Below are positions 38,325-51,226 of a DNA stretch of 64,000 nucleotides, piece by piece (the first letter of the stretch is position 1; each line of letters begins with the position of its first letter). The notes beneath the pieces are model-generated. The model did no database searches and was not told the origin of the DNA. It was given only the letters and a program-made list of their open reading frames with translations. This DNA comes from Octopus bimaculoides. Its lineage: Eukaryota. The stretch spans positions 30,848,622-30,912,621 of the forward strand of contig NC_069002.1 in NCBI RefSeq assembly GCF_001194135.2, in the 5' to 3' direction. The translations under genes and the position numbers were made by a program.

Positions 38325-38858
38325 GTACTGAAGGCCGATGAGATATCTGGGGCCTTGCTGTACCTGAGAAGACCTGTCTGCTACAGCAGAATTAACACTG
38401 GTTCTGGCACCACATTAAAAAGCACTGGTGCTGGTGCCACATAAAAATTACTGATAATGGTGCCATATGAAAAGCACTGGTGCTGGTGCCACATAAAATT
38501 CACCCAGTACACTTTGTGGAGTGGTTGGCATTCGGAAGGGGATGATAAAGCACCAAGATATTTGGCACTTTGCTGTTCTCAAGAAGACCTGTCCACCACA
38601 GCAGAATTGATGCTGGTGCTTGTCCCATGTCAAAAGCACTGGTGATGGTGCCATGCAAAAGGCACTGGTGATGGTGCCACATAAAAAGCATCCAGTACAC
38701 TTTGTGGAGTGGTTGGTGTGAGGAAGGACATTCAGCCATAGAAACCATGCCAGAACAGACAACAGAACCTGGTGTGGCCTCTGGCCGTACCAGCTCTGGT
38801 CAAACTGTCCAACATATGCCAGCATGGAAAACGGATGTTAAATGATGATGATGATGAT
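38325..38858 (+). mobile_element. Family C retroposon with duplicated 5' body and an internal ~23-bp minisatellite
   Basis: Two copies of GAGAAGACCTGTC...CAGCAGAATT...CCAGTACACTTTGTGGAGTGGTTGG, repeated AAAAGCACTGGTG(C/A)TGGTGCCA(C/T)AT units, and the tail GGAAAACGGATGTTAAAT(GAT)n. Confidence 0.85.
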
Positions 38859-39409
38859 GAAGCCAGTAGGTGAGTAATTTGAGAGGGAGTGTAAAGGGAG
38901 ATTATAGCTGAGCAAGTTTAAGAGTGGGCGTGCAAAGGAGGATAATGGTTGAGCAAGTCTTTCAAGAGGAGAGGCACATCAAAGTGTGAATGGTTGTTGG
39001 TGTGTCATTAAGAATGCCTTTTATTTTATGGGAGTGTGTATAGGCGTGCATGCATAGATGGATACGCAATACAAAGTGTGTGTTTATGTGTGTGTATGTG
39101 TGTGTGTGTGTATGTAGGTATGCATATATGTCTATATGCACATACATATTTATGTATGAGTGTGTATACACATCTGGTTCATACCCCACACCCAACTACA
39201 GACATATAAAGATATACATACATATACACAGCAGATATCACATACACATGCACACATACACTTGCATATAAACATCTAGATGTGCACACATGCAAAACAG
39301 GACACACACAACACACAGAGAATCGTACACATACATACAACATACACACATACTGCTTTATGCACAGTCGATATCTGTCCCATCACACACAAACCTTTTC
39401 ACAGCTTTC

Positions 39410-39575
39410 TTTTTACTTGTTTTAGTCATTTGACTGTGGCCATGCTGGGGCACCACTTTGAAGAAAAATTTTTAATCGAATGAATCAACTCCAGTACTTA
39501 TGTTTTTTAAGCCTAGTACTTATTCTATCAGTCTCTTTTGCTGAACTGCTAAGTTACGGGGACGTAAACACAGCC
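39410..39575 (-). mobile_element. SINE family A 3' half
   Basis: TTTTACTTGTTTTAGTCATTTGACTGTGGCCATGCTGG...GCTAAGTTACGGGGACGTAAACAC. Confidence 0.8.
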
Positions 39576-39714
39576 TAAGCTAGAAATTTTAACTCTAGCA
39601 ATTTGCATTGAATCTTTTTATTTCGTTTTTGTCAATGGAGATTGTTGTTTGCTAGATTTCTTCATTGGGGAAACTCCATCTCTTTAAAGAGTATCAGGAG
39701 TCACAATTCATTGA

Positions 39715-40244
39715 CCCTTTAGCATTCAGATTACTCGGTCAACCGTATTGCTTTGATGAGAAGTGACCGAAATTTCTGGTGATTTGCTGTACTTGAGAAG
39801 ACACGACAAGCTAAGTGAAATCATAGTTGTGGCCAGAGCTGGAGACACACGAAAGGCGCCCATACTGGTGACACAGGAGAGGTACCCATGCCAGTGACAT
39901 GTAAAAGGCACCCAGTACACTCTGTGGAGTGGTTGGCGTTAGGAAGGGTACCCAGTCATAGAATCCAAGCCATTACAGACTGGAGCCTGGTTCAGCTCTC
40001 TGGCTTACCAGCTCCAGTCAAACCATCTAACCCATGCCAGCATGGAAAATGGATGCTAAATGATGATGATGATAATTAGTTTGAATTAATCATGCATTAT
40101 CTCATAGATTCAAAATTTCGATGATGTGATCGTTTCTATTTAGAATGAAATCGTAAAGTAGGTGTGAGAGGCTGGATCTGGTCAGATTGAACATAATACA
40201 GGTAGAATATTTGGCTGGATAGGGCTGGTTTAAATGCTAAGGGG
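39715..40244. mobile_element. TTAA-type (piggyBac-like) MITE interrupted by a family C retroposon (39740-40072, +)
   Basis: Ends are TTGA-CCCTTTAGCATTCAGATTACTC and GGTTTAAATGCTAAGGGG-TCAA. The body matches the intact copy at 61576-61794 once the family C insert is removed. Confidence 0.75.
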
Positions 40245-40358
40245 TCAAAGAGGAATCTAAATAAAATCTAAATAAAATCTGACTTTAACAGAGACAAAGA
40301 ACAATGTTGTCCGTCCATTTATGTCAATAAAAACTGATACATTTGTGTTATTTCTATA

Positions 40359-40997
40359 GGCGCAGGAGTGGCTGTGTGGGAAGTAGCTTGCCTACCAACC
40401 ACATGGTTCCGGGTTCAGTCCCACTGCGTGGCACCTTGGGCAAGTGTCTTCTACTATAGCCTCTAGCCAACCAAAGCCTTGTGAGTGGATTTGGTAGATG
40501 GAAACTGAAAGAAGCCTGTCGTATATATGTATATATATATATATGTANNNNNNNNNNNNNNNNNNNNNNNNNNNNNNNNNNNNNNNNNNNNNNNNNNNNN
40601 NNNNNNNNNNNNNNNNNNNNNNNNNNNNNNNNNNNNNNNNNNNNNNNNNNNNNNNNNNNNNNNNNNNNNNNNNNNNNNNNNNNNNNNNNNNNNNNNNNNN
40701 NNNNNNNNNNNNNNNNNNNNNNNNNNNNNNNNNNNNNNNNNNNNNNNNNNNNNNNNNNNNNNNNNNNNTATGTGTGTTTGTGTGTCTGTGTTTGTCCCCC
40801 CATCATCGCTTGATAACCGATGCTGGTGTGTTTATGTCCCCGTAACTTAGTGGTTTGGCAAAAAGAGACCGATAGAATAAGTACTAGGCTTCCAAAGAAT
40901 AAGTCGTGGGGTCGATTTGCTCGACTAAAAGGCGGTGCTCCAGCATGGCCACAGTCAAATGACTGAAACAAGTAAAAGAGTAAAAGAGTAGAGAGTA
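40359..40997 (+). mobile_element. SINE family A, full length (gap inside the internal microsatellite)
   Basis: GGCGCAGGAGTGGCTGTGTGG...GGGTTCAGTCCC head and (GTAAAAGA)n tail. Confidence 0.92.
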
Positions 40998-41615
40998 TTC
41001 TTTTTGGATGTTTGGCACTCAGTAACTGGTATTGATTACCAAAATATGAGGCAGCGAATTGTTTAGAGTTACCAGAGTGTTGTGGAAAATGCCCCATTTA
41101 CTCTGATTCTCTGTTCTTTATATCCAAATCCTGTTGAGGTCATTGTTATTTTTCATCCTTTCGGGGTTAATAAAGAAAAAAAAAGTACCAGCGCAGGGCA
41201 CTGGACTGGCAACACTGTTAACAGGGCCAGAGTAAGACCCATAGAGACCCTAAGCACTTAAAAGATTTTTGTGCCCCCATGAGATCCCAACAGAGAAGAT
41301 GAAAACAAATAATATGAAAAGCATTGTCTCAAAAGATTCTGTCAGTTGTAACATTTGCTCTGTGCCACCACCAATGCCACCACCACCACCAATGTCACTG
41401 CTACTGTCATCACCTATGTCACTGTTGACACCACCACCGCTGCTGCTGCCACCACCACCACCATCACCACGGTTTGTGGTCAGCTGAAAATGTCAAACAT
41501 TTTCCACTATTTACGTCTTGAGATATTTCGTGGCCTTGAACAAGAAGTAACAGCTGAATTTATACATATATACATATTTATATCCTTATATACCACATAT
41601 ATGTATGTGTGTGTG

Positions 41616-41663
<48 letters not shown>

Positions 41664-42815
41664 GAATGATGGCTGTAACTTGATTTCAAACAATATCTTT
41701 GGTTGATTGTTCTCTGTAACATGAGCAGTAAGGATGTGGTTTAGCAATCCTGCTAGGGACCCACACTACCTTTCACAGATATGACAACAATGGGTGCCTC
41801 TTGCAACAGGTGTTCAGAAAGCTTACTACACATGTTAGCACATCTTTTTCCGATCCTGGAAGTTTTCGTTGAGTGTTTTGCCCTTTTTTTTTCAACTGTG
41901 GTCAGCCATAGTATAAAAATCAAGTGAAGCTTGTGCCAGAAGCTTTCTTANNNNNNNNNNNNNNNNNNNNNNNNNNNNNNNNNNNNNNNNNNNNNNNNNN
42001 NNNNNNNNNNNNNNNNNNNNNNNNNNNNNNNNNNNNNNNNNNNNNNNNNNNNNNNNNNNNNNNNNNNNNNNNNNNNNNNNNNNNNNNNNNNNNNNNNNNN
42101 NNNNNNNNNNNNNNNNNNNNNNNNNNNNNNNNNNNNNNNNNNNNNNNNNNNNNNNNNNNNNNNNNNNNNNNNNNNNNNNNNNNNNNNNNNNNNNNNNNNN
42201 NNNNNNNNNNNNNNNNNNNNNNNNNNNNNNNNNNNNNNNNNNNNNNNNNNNNNNNNNNNNNNNNNNNNNNNNNNNNNNNNNNNNNNNNNNNNNNNNNNNN
42301 NNNNNNNNNNNNNNNNNNNNNNNNNNNNNNNNNNNNNNNNNNNNNNNNNNNNNNNNNNNNNNNNNNNNNNNNNNNNNNNNNNNNNNNNNNNNNNNNNNNN
42401 AATAAAATCCTAATTAACTGATCCGCCTGTATTTTCTTTTACCCAAAGACAGGAAATTTTCAGCACCTCCTTGCATATGAACCCTCAGAGGTCATACAGA
42501 GCCCAGTTGAGAACCACTGCTTCAAACAAAGTATTTGTTTGTCCCCAAAGAAAAACTAGTCTACATCATGGAGTGTGAATGAAGTCACAGGTGTTGCATT
42601 AAAATTTAACTTCTGGATGACAGATGTCAAAATAAACACTCAGTGGGGGGGTGGTTCTCACTCCCAGCTGTTCTGTGTTCATCTGCTCTTTGACAGGTTT
42701 TATTCTTTTTGTCCTGAAGAGTGTCCAAGGCAAAATACTCTCCCTACCAAGCAGGCTCGGCAGGGTCGCTGGAACAGTTGCCATTGGGCTGACCCTGCAA
42801 CAGGTTGTACTGGGT

Positions 42816-42975
42816 TAGGCATGGCTGTATGGTAAGAAGCTTGGTTTCCAACCACATGGTTCTGAGCTCAGTCCCACTGCATGGCACCTTGGGCAAGTGT
42901 CTTCTGCTATTGCCTCAGGCCAACCAAAGCCATGTGGGTGGATTTGGTAGATGGAAACTGAAAGAAGCCTGTCGT
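42816..42975 (+). mobile_element. SINE family A 5' half
   Basis: GGCATGGCTGTATGGTAAGAAGC...GGAAACTGAAAGAAGCCTGTCG followed by (TA)n and a gap. Confidence 0.85.
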
Positions 42976-43315
42976 ATATATATATATATATATATNNNNN
43001 NNNNNNNNNNNNNNNNNNNNNNNNNNNNNNNNNNNNNNNNNNNNNNNNNNNNNNNNNNNNNNNNNNNNNNNNNNNNNNNNNNNNNNNNNNNNNNNNNNNN
43101 NNNNNNNNNNNNNNNNNNNNNNNNNNNNNNNNNNNNNNNNNNNNNNNNNNNNNNNNNNNNNNNNNNNNNNNNNNNNNNNNNNNNNNNNNNNNNNNNNNNN
43201 NNNNNNNNNNNNNNNNNNNNNNNNNNNNNNNNNNNNNNNNNNNNNNNNNNNNNNNNNNNNNNNNNNNNNNNNNNNNNNNNNNNNNNNNNNNNNNNNNNNN
43301 NNNNNNNNNNNNNNN

Positions 43316-43357
<42 letters not shown>

Positions 43358-43709
43358 TGTATATACATATGTACATGCATACACATATATAGACACCCAC
43401 ACACATTCACTGAGATATGTGATTTACTAACGCTTGATTTACTATTGACTAAATAAAAAAGAAAAAAAGAAAAGCTAAATAAATACTCCATTAAATTCTA
43501 TCAATAATATTGATTTTTAGTTATATTTTATAGTAAATGCTATTTTGTATTGCATATGCTGCCCTCCTCCTACCACTCATGGTGTGATAGTTCACTGACA
43601 AAGAGAGGGAGAAAGAAAGGGAGAAAGAGAGAGGGAGACAGAAAGAAATAGAGGGAGAGAGAAAGAAATAGAGGGAGAGAGGTACGTTTTGTTAGAAGCC
43701 ACATATATT

Positions 43710-43921
43710 CTTTTCTATTCTAGGCACAAGGCTCGAAATTTTTGGGGTGGGAGCCAGTCGATTAGATCGATTCCAGTATGCAACTGGTACTTAATTTACT
43801 GACCCCGAATGGATAAAAGGCAAAGTCAACCTCGGCGGAATTTGAACTCAGAACATAAAGACAGATGAAATACCGCTAAGCATTTCGCCCAGAGTGCTAA
43901 CATCTCTGCCAGCTCACCGCC
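43710..43921 (-). mobile_element. SINE family B, full length with 18-bp TSD
   Basis: TTAGAAGCCACATATATT occurs at 43692-43709 and at 43922-43939. Confidence 0.93.
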
Positions 43922-44257
43922 TTAGAAGCCACATATATTAGCTGATAACTGATTGCTCACTGCATACTACAGAAGACAACTGAAGGTATCTAGATATAGA
44001 AACCTTCATATATATAAGCTATCATCTTATATATATGGCCAGAACACATTAAATATTGTAGTCTTAGATACTCTTACAAAGTTGAGGTATTGATGGTCAG
44101 AATATCTTTGATCATAAGTATGCTGCATTGGGACTGGCCTGGTGTTAAACAACTATAGCAACAGGAATGGGAACAGCAGTAACAATGATAATAACAACAT
44201 TGTAACAACAATAAGAACTGTTTGGTGATAAATTAAATAATATATATGAAAATAATA

Positions 44258-44423
44258 AGTCCACTCTGCTGAGTGGTTGGTGTCAGGAAGGGCATCCAGC
44301 TGTAAAAATCCTGCCAAAACAGTCCCAGAAGTCTGGTGCAGGCTTCTGCCTGGTTGGCTCCTGTCAAACCATTCCACCCATGCCAGCATGGAAGGTGAAT
44401 GTTAAACGATGATTATGATCATC
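44258..44423 (+). mobile_element. Family C retroposon
   Basis: GAGTGGTTGGTGTCAGGAAGGGCATCCAGCTGTAAAAATC...CCATGCCAGCATGGAAGGTGAATGTTAAACGATG. Confidence 0.85.
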
Positions 44424-44429
44424 AAATAA

Positions 44430-45080
44430 TTAATATAAGATGAATTAGAGAAATGATAAATATAATATAGAGTAATAAGTGTCATAATATATAAGACAGA
44501 CGAATCATAAATGTAAGAATAAAAGTCATAAACAAGGATAGAGTAATACATCATAATATATAAGATAGAGGGATAAATAAGTCATAAATATGGAGAGATA
44601 AGAGTCATGAGTATGAGATTGAGATAGAAGGTCATAAATATAAGACAGGGTAAAGAGTCATAAGTGTAAGGTAGAAGAATAAGAGTTGTAAATTAGAGAT
44701 AGAGTAATATGGATCACAAATATAAGATAGAGTAAGGTGTAATAAATTCAAGATAAGAATCATAAATTTGAAACAGAATAATAAGAGTCATAAATTTAAG
44801 ACTGAATAATAAGAGTCATAAATATAAGAAGAATAAAAGACATAGATAAAAGACAGAGCAATATGGGTCAAAAATATAAGATAGATGAATAGATGAATGA
44901 GTCATAAATGCAAGATAGAATAATAAGACATAAATAAAAGACAGAGTAATAAGTGTCCAGGATATAAGATAAAGGAAGAAAAGTCATAAATAAGGATAGC
45001 TTAAAAAGGGTCATAAATGGATGATAGAGGAGTAAGAGTCATAGATATAAGATAGAATGAGAGTCATGGACAATGATATA
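44430..45080. repeat. Purine-rich degenerate minisatellite of ~25-30 bp units (GTCATAAATATAAGATAGAGTAATAAGA-like)
   Basis: About 20 recurrences of (A/G)GTCATAAAT and AAGATAGA. Confidence 0.85.
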
Positions 45081-45849
45081 AAATAATTGTATCAATGTCA
45101 TTTATAAGTACAGTTCTGGCAACTGAACGGTTGATTGCATGAAACCTTTAGTTATGAAAATATAATCTTGTTTCTTTGCAACATAATTGTAACAGTTTGC
45201 ATATGTTTTTAATTTTGCTGTGTATTGAAAGCTTTTCTGTGTAAAAAACACTTTTCTGAGTTAAAATACACAAATATACATACGCACGCACACATACACA
45301 CACAAACACACAGCCTCTCTCTCTGACACACACATGCATACACACACACACACATACGCATACACACAACCTCTCTCTTTGACACACACAAAGTCCCCCT
45401 CTCTCTCTCTGACACTTGTTCACACATGCACACACACACACACACACACACACATGCATACACATTCACATGCCACACAGCATATCTCTCTCTCTCTCTC
45501 TACCTCTATCCCTCTAACACACATACACACACACAAACATATATAGACATACATGAACATCACAAGAGATATTGTATCCGTCTAATCAAGGAATTTATTC
45601 CCCTTTGAGTGCTCAACAAAGAATTAGAAATAAGTTGGGGCTATGACCAATGTCTGAATAAAAAATAGGTAAATGGAATGTGTGAATACTGGATATTCCC
45701 ATATAAAAAAAAGATGCAAGTGTATATTTAATATGCCGACTTTTGAGTATAGGAACGATTCAACTTGAGAATGGTAGGAAAAGTTAACCACATATTTTTC
45801 CAACCAGACGTGCTTAACTGAAAAGTGTATAATCTTAATTATACATACA

Positions 45850-45892
<43 letters not shown>

Positions 45893-46059
45893 GTNNNNNN
45901 NNNNNNNNNNNNNNNNNNNNNNNNNNNNNNNNNNNNNNNNNNNNNNNNNNNNNNNNNNNNNNNNNNNNNNNNNNNNNNNNNNNNNNNNNNNNNNNNNNNN
46001 NNNNNNNNNNNNNNNNNNNNNACTATAATGACAACCTTTTACTGTTTGTTCTAAATTAT

Positions 46060-46104
<45 letters not shown>

Positions 46105-46265
46105 ATGTATGTACATATATATACTTATGCATATATACTATTAAGGGTAGTATATATGCTGTCAGTCAATGGCAATTATACATGTGTGAATATATATATA
46201 TATATGTATACACTCACTGCCACACAAACATACATGTATACATGCAAGCCTACAGACTGACATAT

Positions 46266-46338
<73 letters not shown>

Positions 46339-46473
46339 NNNNNNNNNNNNNNNNNNNNNNNNNNNNNNNNNNNNNNNNNNNNNNNNNNNNNNNNNNNNNN
46401 NNNNNNNNNNNNNNNNNNNNNNNNNNNNNNNNNNNNNNNNNNNNNNNNNNNNNNNNNNNNNNNNNNNNNNNNN

Positions 46474-46509
<36 letters not shown>

Positions 46510-47057
46510 ATATATATATATATGTATGTATATACATGTATAAACATATATATAAACATATATACATGCATACACACACATATATGTATGTATGTGTATA
46601 TATGTCATTTATATAATAGCTTAAATTTAGCAACAGAACAGGTAATTTATGTTACTAAACGGTTTCATGATGTTGAATCTTCCATCTGTGGGGAGATAAA
46701 TTAACACTCATTGGACTATCCCATTTGGCCATTTCTGCTGATTGTAAATTTATTTATCCACAACTGATTAGTCTTTCTGCATGAAACCATCCAGGAACAT
46801 AAATTGGCTGTTATGAGGCTAAATACATATTAAATAAACAATACGCACTTTCTATAACTTAATATATGAGTGGTTTTGTCTTTTTTTTTTTCTGAATACT
46901 GAAACACATTGAATAACTATAAATGTATAACAATTACAACAACTATAGCTATAACAAAAATAGCTATTCTTGATATCAAAGAAATTTTAATGAAATAACA
47001 ATTTCCTTTTTAAATTCTTCATTGTCGTGATGTCTTTTAAATTATTTACTTTTATAG

Positions 47058-47100
47058 AAACAGTTGCAGTCTCGAAGTAAATTGCCTCGGCGGCTAGAAG
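47058..47100 (+). CDS. Candidate 43-nt internal coding exon of an unidentified gene
   Basis: ATTATTTACTTTTATAG acceptor, AAG|GTGAGA donor, and a single open frame KQLQSRSKLPRRLE(+G). Retains several CpGs within AT-rich unique sequence. No homology could be checked. Confidence 0.4.
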
Positions 47101-48404
47101 GTGAGACGGTCACCTCGCATTCTGCTTCCTTCCTTTCATAGCAACCCAATTTATACTAATTTATTCAAGAACTTTTAAGTAACAGGAATGTTTGTAAACT
47201 GAAAAAATAAATAAATACATTAAAAAAAAAATAAAAAATAAAATAAAATTAACTAAAATAAAATTTTAAATGAATTTCAATCACCAAAAATCAATGAAAT
47301 GTTTTTTAAAAAATCATGTGATAACTATTTTAAAAAAGAAAAAAAAATGCACAAAAAGTTATTAAAAAAAAATCAATATAATTTTGAATATTTTTTAAGG
47401 AATTCTAAAGTGGTTTGCCATATCTGTAGAACTAAATTCCAAAAGAGACATTTATGGTTTATTTTAAANNNNNNNNNNNNNNNNNNNNNNNNNNNNNNNN
47501 NNNNNNNNNNNNNNNNNNNNNNNNNNNNNNNNNNNNNNNNNNNNNNNNNNNNNNNNNNNNNNNNNNNNNNNNNNNNNNNNNNNNNNNNNNNNNNNNNNNN
47601 NNNNNNNNNNNNNNNNNNNNNNNNNNNNNNNNNNNNNNNNNNNNNNNNNNNNNNNNNNNNNNNNNNNNNNNNNNNNNNNNNNNNNNNNNNNNNNNNNNNN
47701 NNNNNNNNNNNNNNNNNNNNNNNNNNNNNNNNNNNNNNNNNNNNNNNNNNNNNNNNNNNNNNNNNNNNNNNNNNNNNNNNNNNNNNNNNNNNNNNNNNNN
47801 NNNNNNNNNNNNNNNNNNNNNNNNNNNNNNNNNNNNNNNNNNNNNNNNNNNNNNNNNNNNNNNNNNNNNNNNNNNNNNNNNNNNNNNNNNNNNNNNNNNN
47901 NNNNNNNNNNNNNNNNNNNNNNNNNNNNNNNNNNNNNNNNNNNNNNNNNNNNNNNNNNNNNNNNNNNNNNNNNNNNNNNNNNNNNNNNNNNNNNNNNNNN
48001 NNNNNNNNNNNNNNNNNNNNNNNNNNNNNNNNNNNNNNNNNNNNNNNNNNNNNNNNNNNNNNNNNNNNNNNNNNNNNNNNNNNNNNNNNNNNNNNNNNNN
48101 NNNNNNNNNNNNNNNNNNNNNNNNNNNNNNNNNNNNNNNNNNNNNNNNNNNNNNNNNNNNNCCATCTTCTCTCTCCCTATCACACCTGTATTTATGAAGA
48201 AAGTGTGATAATGTTGGGGGTCTTGGTTTCTTGATCATCCTCCATGATGACTATTCTTATGATGGTGGACATGGTTCGTGCAGTGCCAGTCCCACTCTCT
48301 TGGCGTTCAGACTCCTAATGGTTTGGTGCAACAAATGCCAAAAGCCCAGCAATTATCAGGAGGCAGGATTTGTACGGAGTTATCTTCTCTTAGATGAACA
48401 ACTA

Positions 48405-49128
48405 TAGAGCTGAGGGGCCTCATCTGCCTTGGGTCCATTGGTGTGTATGTGAGTGGCCCTCATCTGGGGGCAATTCTATGACATACTAATTAACCTACAG
48501 CTGGGACTCTGACACTTGCTACTATTCCAGGTCGGCGTAGACTTGGGAACAACAATGGTTAAGAGATGATTCCACATTCCTCAAAACTCTAGGACTTCTG
48601 AACCAGTGCCCCACTGCCAGATACAGTTTAAAATCAACCCAAGACAAGCTGTAATATAAATGAACCTAATTAACTAATTACTGCTCACAATAATAACATA
48701 GTTCTAAGATATTGTTCTAGTTTAGCCATGAGTTGACACTTATTAAGAATACCTATGATCAGAGAAGTTCCAGTAATGACCATCCTGTCTTATTAGGGAC
48801 ATCTAGACAACTTTACCTTATATGTCTCCCTTTCTGCTAATTTTATTCACAAAGCATTGTTCAACTCAAGCTTTTAATAGAAGTCACTTACCCAAGGTTC
48901 TCTTAGATAAACAGCTAAAGAACTGAAGGGGTTCATCTGCCTTGGGTCCATTGGGGGGACTATAAGTGGCTTTCATCAGTAGGCAATTCCATGACATGCT
49001 AATTAACTTATAGCCAGGACCCTGACAAGTCTACTACTCTGGGGCAGGATAGACTCGGGAGCAATAGTCACTAAGAGGTGGTTCCATCCAATGCCCCCTT
49101 ACCAGATATAGTTTAAAGTCAGACCCTT
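48405..49128 (+). repeat. Two diverged copies (48405-48645, 48918-49128) of interspersed family F
   Basis: Both share CTCATCTGCCTTGGGTCCATTGG...GCAATTC(T/C)ATGACAT(A/G)CTAATTAAC...CCAGATA(C/T)AGTTTAAA. Confidence 0.75.
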
Positions 49129-51022
49129 GATAATTTTCTAGAATAATCCTTTAAAATATCTCTGAGAAAATTCCTATTTAGACTCTATACGAACATTTTC
49201 AGTTTTGTCTACATTCCTGTTACGAGTTCTAAGAAATTTTTTCTTACTTCAAGATTTGGCTTGAAAAATAAAATCTACAAAAAATAAAAATAAAAAAAAA
49301 GATAAAAAACACGAAACAAATCTTTGCTTTTATTCCTTTTTGAAAAATTTTTCTTCGAAAATTATTGCACCTTGATGATTTTTTTTTTTTTTTTNNNNNN
49401 NNNNNNNNNNNNNNNNNNNNNNNNNNNNNNNNNNNNNNNNNNNNNNNNNNNNNNNNNNNNNNNNNNNNNNNNNNNNNNNNNNNNNNNNNNNNNNNNNNNN
49501 NNNNNNNNNNNNNNNNNNNNNNNNNNNNNNNNNNNNNNNNNNNNNNNNNNNNNNNNNNNNNNNNNNNNNNNNNNNNNNNNNNNNNNNNNNNNNNNNNNNN
49601 NNNNNNNNNNNNNNNNNNNNNNNNNNNNNNNNNNNNNNNNGGGGATGGGTAGAGGGGATGTTTTCAATCTCTCTCTCTCTTTGATAACTGTTTGCCACCA
49701 GCTGCAATTTTTTAATTAAATACCAATGCATGCATTTTTTACTCTGCATATGCTAACACAACTGACTATTCATACATAAACACCCAGATATACATATATA
49801 TTAATATTATATTCATATATATAGATACATTCATATTCATATATATATATATACATACATAGATATATATGTATACATACATATATATATACATACACAC
49901 ACACACATATATAGATATATATACTGTAAATATATATATTACATATATATATATATGTATGTATGTAGAGCATACAATATTTAGCATAAGAATCTATTGT
50001 TTATATACATTTTCCCACAAATCCATATATATATACTCACACAAAGACATACAGACAGATGGACAGACAGACAAGCGTGCAGTTGAAAACTTAATTCTTA
50101 ACATGATGGAACAGTTTGGTTATATACCCAGATGAGAGTCACTGGATGTTTCATATAATGGTGCATAAGACACACTTATATGTGCTTTTAATCATATCCA
50201 CTAAACAATTAATGTTAATATGTTACATATGGAAATAAAAAATAAACAATTCAACAACGATTGGACAAATTTTCATCAAATTAATAACATAACATAGAGA
50301 TACGAGTTGCCAAAAATTATCAGTGAAAATCTGGAAAAACTTTTCACTCAACCTGGTAAAATTTGCCCTGTTTCTTAATTATACTATATGTTACATATTT
50401 ATTATATCATACCTTGATACTGTGTGGACTAAGATCCCCATTGACTGAGCACTGGTATTTATAGAGTGTTAAACACTTTTGGTATGCAAATTAGGGACTC
50501 CTTCATACAGTAACTGCTGCATTTATTGAGTATATAAACAGTTGGGCTGCTTGTTTTGCTGGAGATTGACAGAATGATGAAGATACCTTTGGTGAGAAAC
50601 CAAATGGTTGTTCATCATTTTCTGTGGAGAAATGACTAAAATTTTGCCCTATTATATATTTATATATATTAGAGCGTCAGGCTCACAATCATGAGATAGT
50701 GAGTTTGATTCCGACTGGACTGTGTTCTTGAGCAACACTTTATTTCATGTTGTTCCAGCTGGTGTCAGGCCTTTCCCTTGGACATAGACAGGCAACTGCT
50801 GGTCTTCCATAAACATTGTCCAGACTTGAGGGGAACTTTCTAGGTGAAATAGGATTTCATTATGGTCATTCATGATTAAAGGGAGCCTTTACCCCATATA
50901 TATATAGTAGTATATATATATATAATGTGATATATTGATAGAAATGGCAAGGCAACAAAAGAATGAAAGAGACCTTGAGATTATGTAAATAGAGGAATTT
51001 ATCTGTAAATATAATATAGTAG

Positions 51023-51090
51023 CCATGATAAAACTCTGAGTTTCGGATGTCGGGGCGAAAATCCACGCCGGCATCTCTTCAGTTTCATAG
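51023..51090 (-). ncRNA. Hammerhead ribozyme motif (type I, minimal stem III) in a probable Penelope pLTR fragment
   Basis: Minus strand reads CTATGAAA-CTGAAGA-GATGCCGGCG(tggatttt)CGCCCCGACATC-C-GAAA-CTCAGAG-TT|TTATCATGG. Stem I is 8 bp with one bulge, stem II is long, and stem III is near-palindromic. Confidence 0.7.
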
Positions 51091-51179
51091 AAAAAAATTC
51101 CAAAGGGAAATTACTGTGTGATTGACAAAAGCGCTATTAGAATGACCGCTATGTGATATATGTATAATGTATGTAAATG

Positions 51180-51226
<47 letters not shown>

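Noticed and set aside
38400-38700. Regularly spaced ~23-bp repeats resembling a CRISPR array
   Set aside because: Eukaryotic context, no unique spacers and located inside a retroposon, so it is a minisatellite.
42480-42519. hAT-like terminus GTTGAGAACCACTG, and a CAGGGCC-type start at about 41222
   Set aside because: Partner ends fall in or beyond the N gap, so the elements cannot be delimited.
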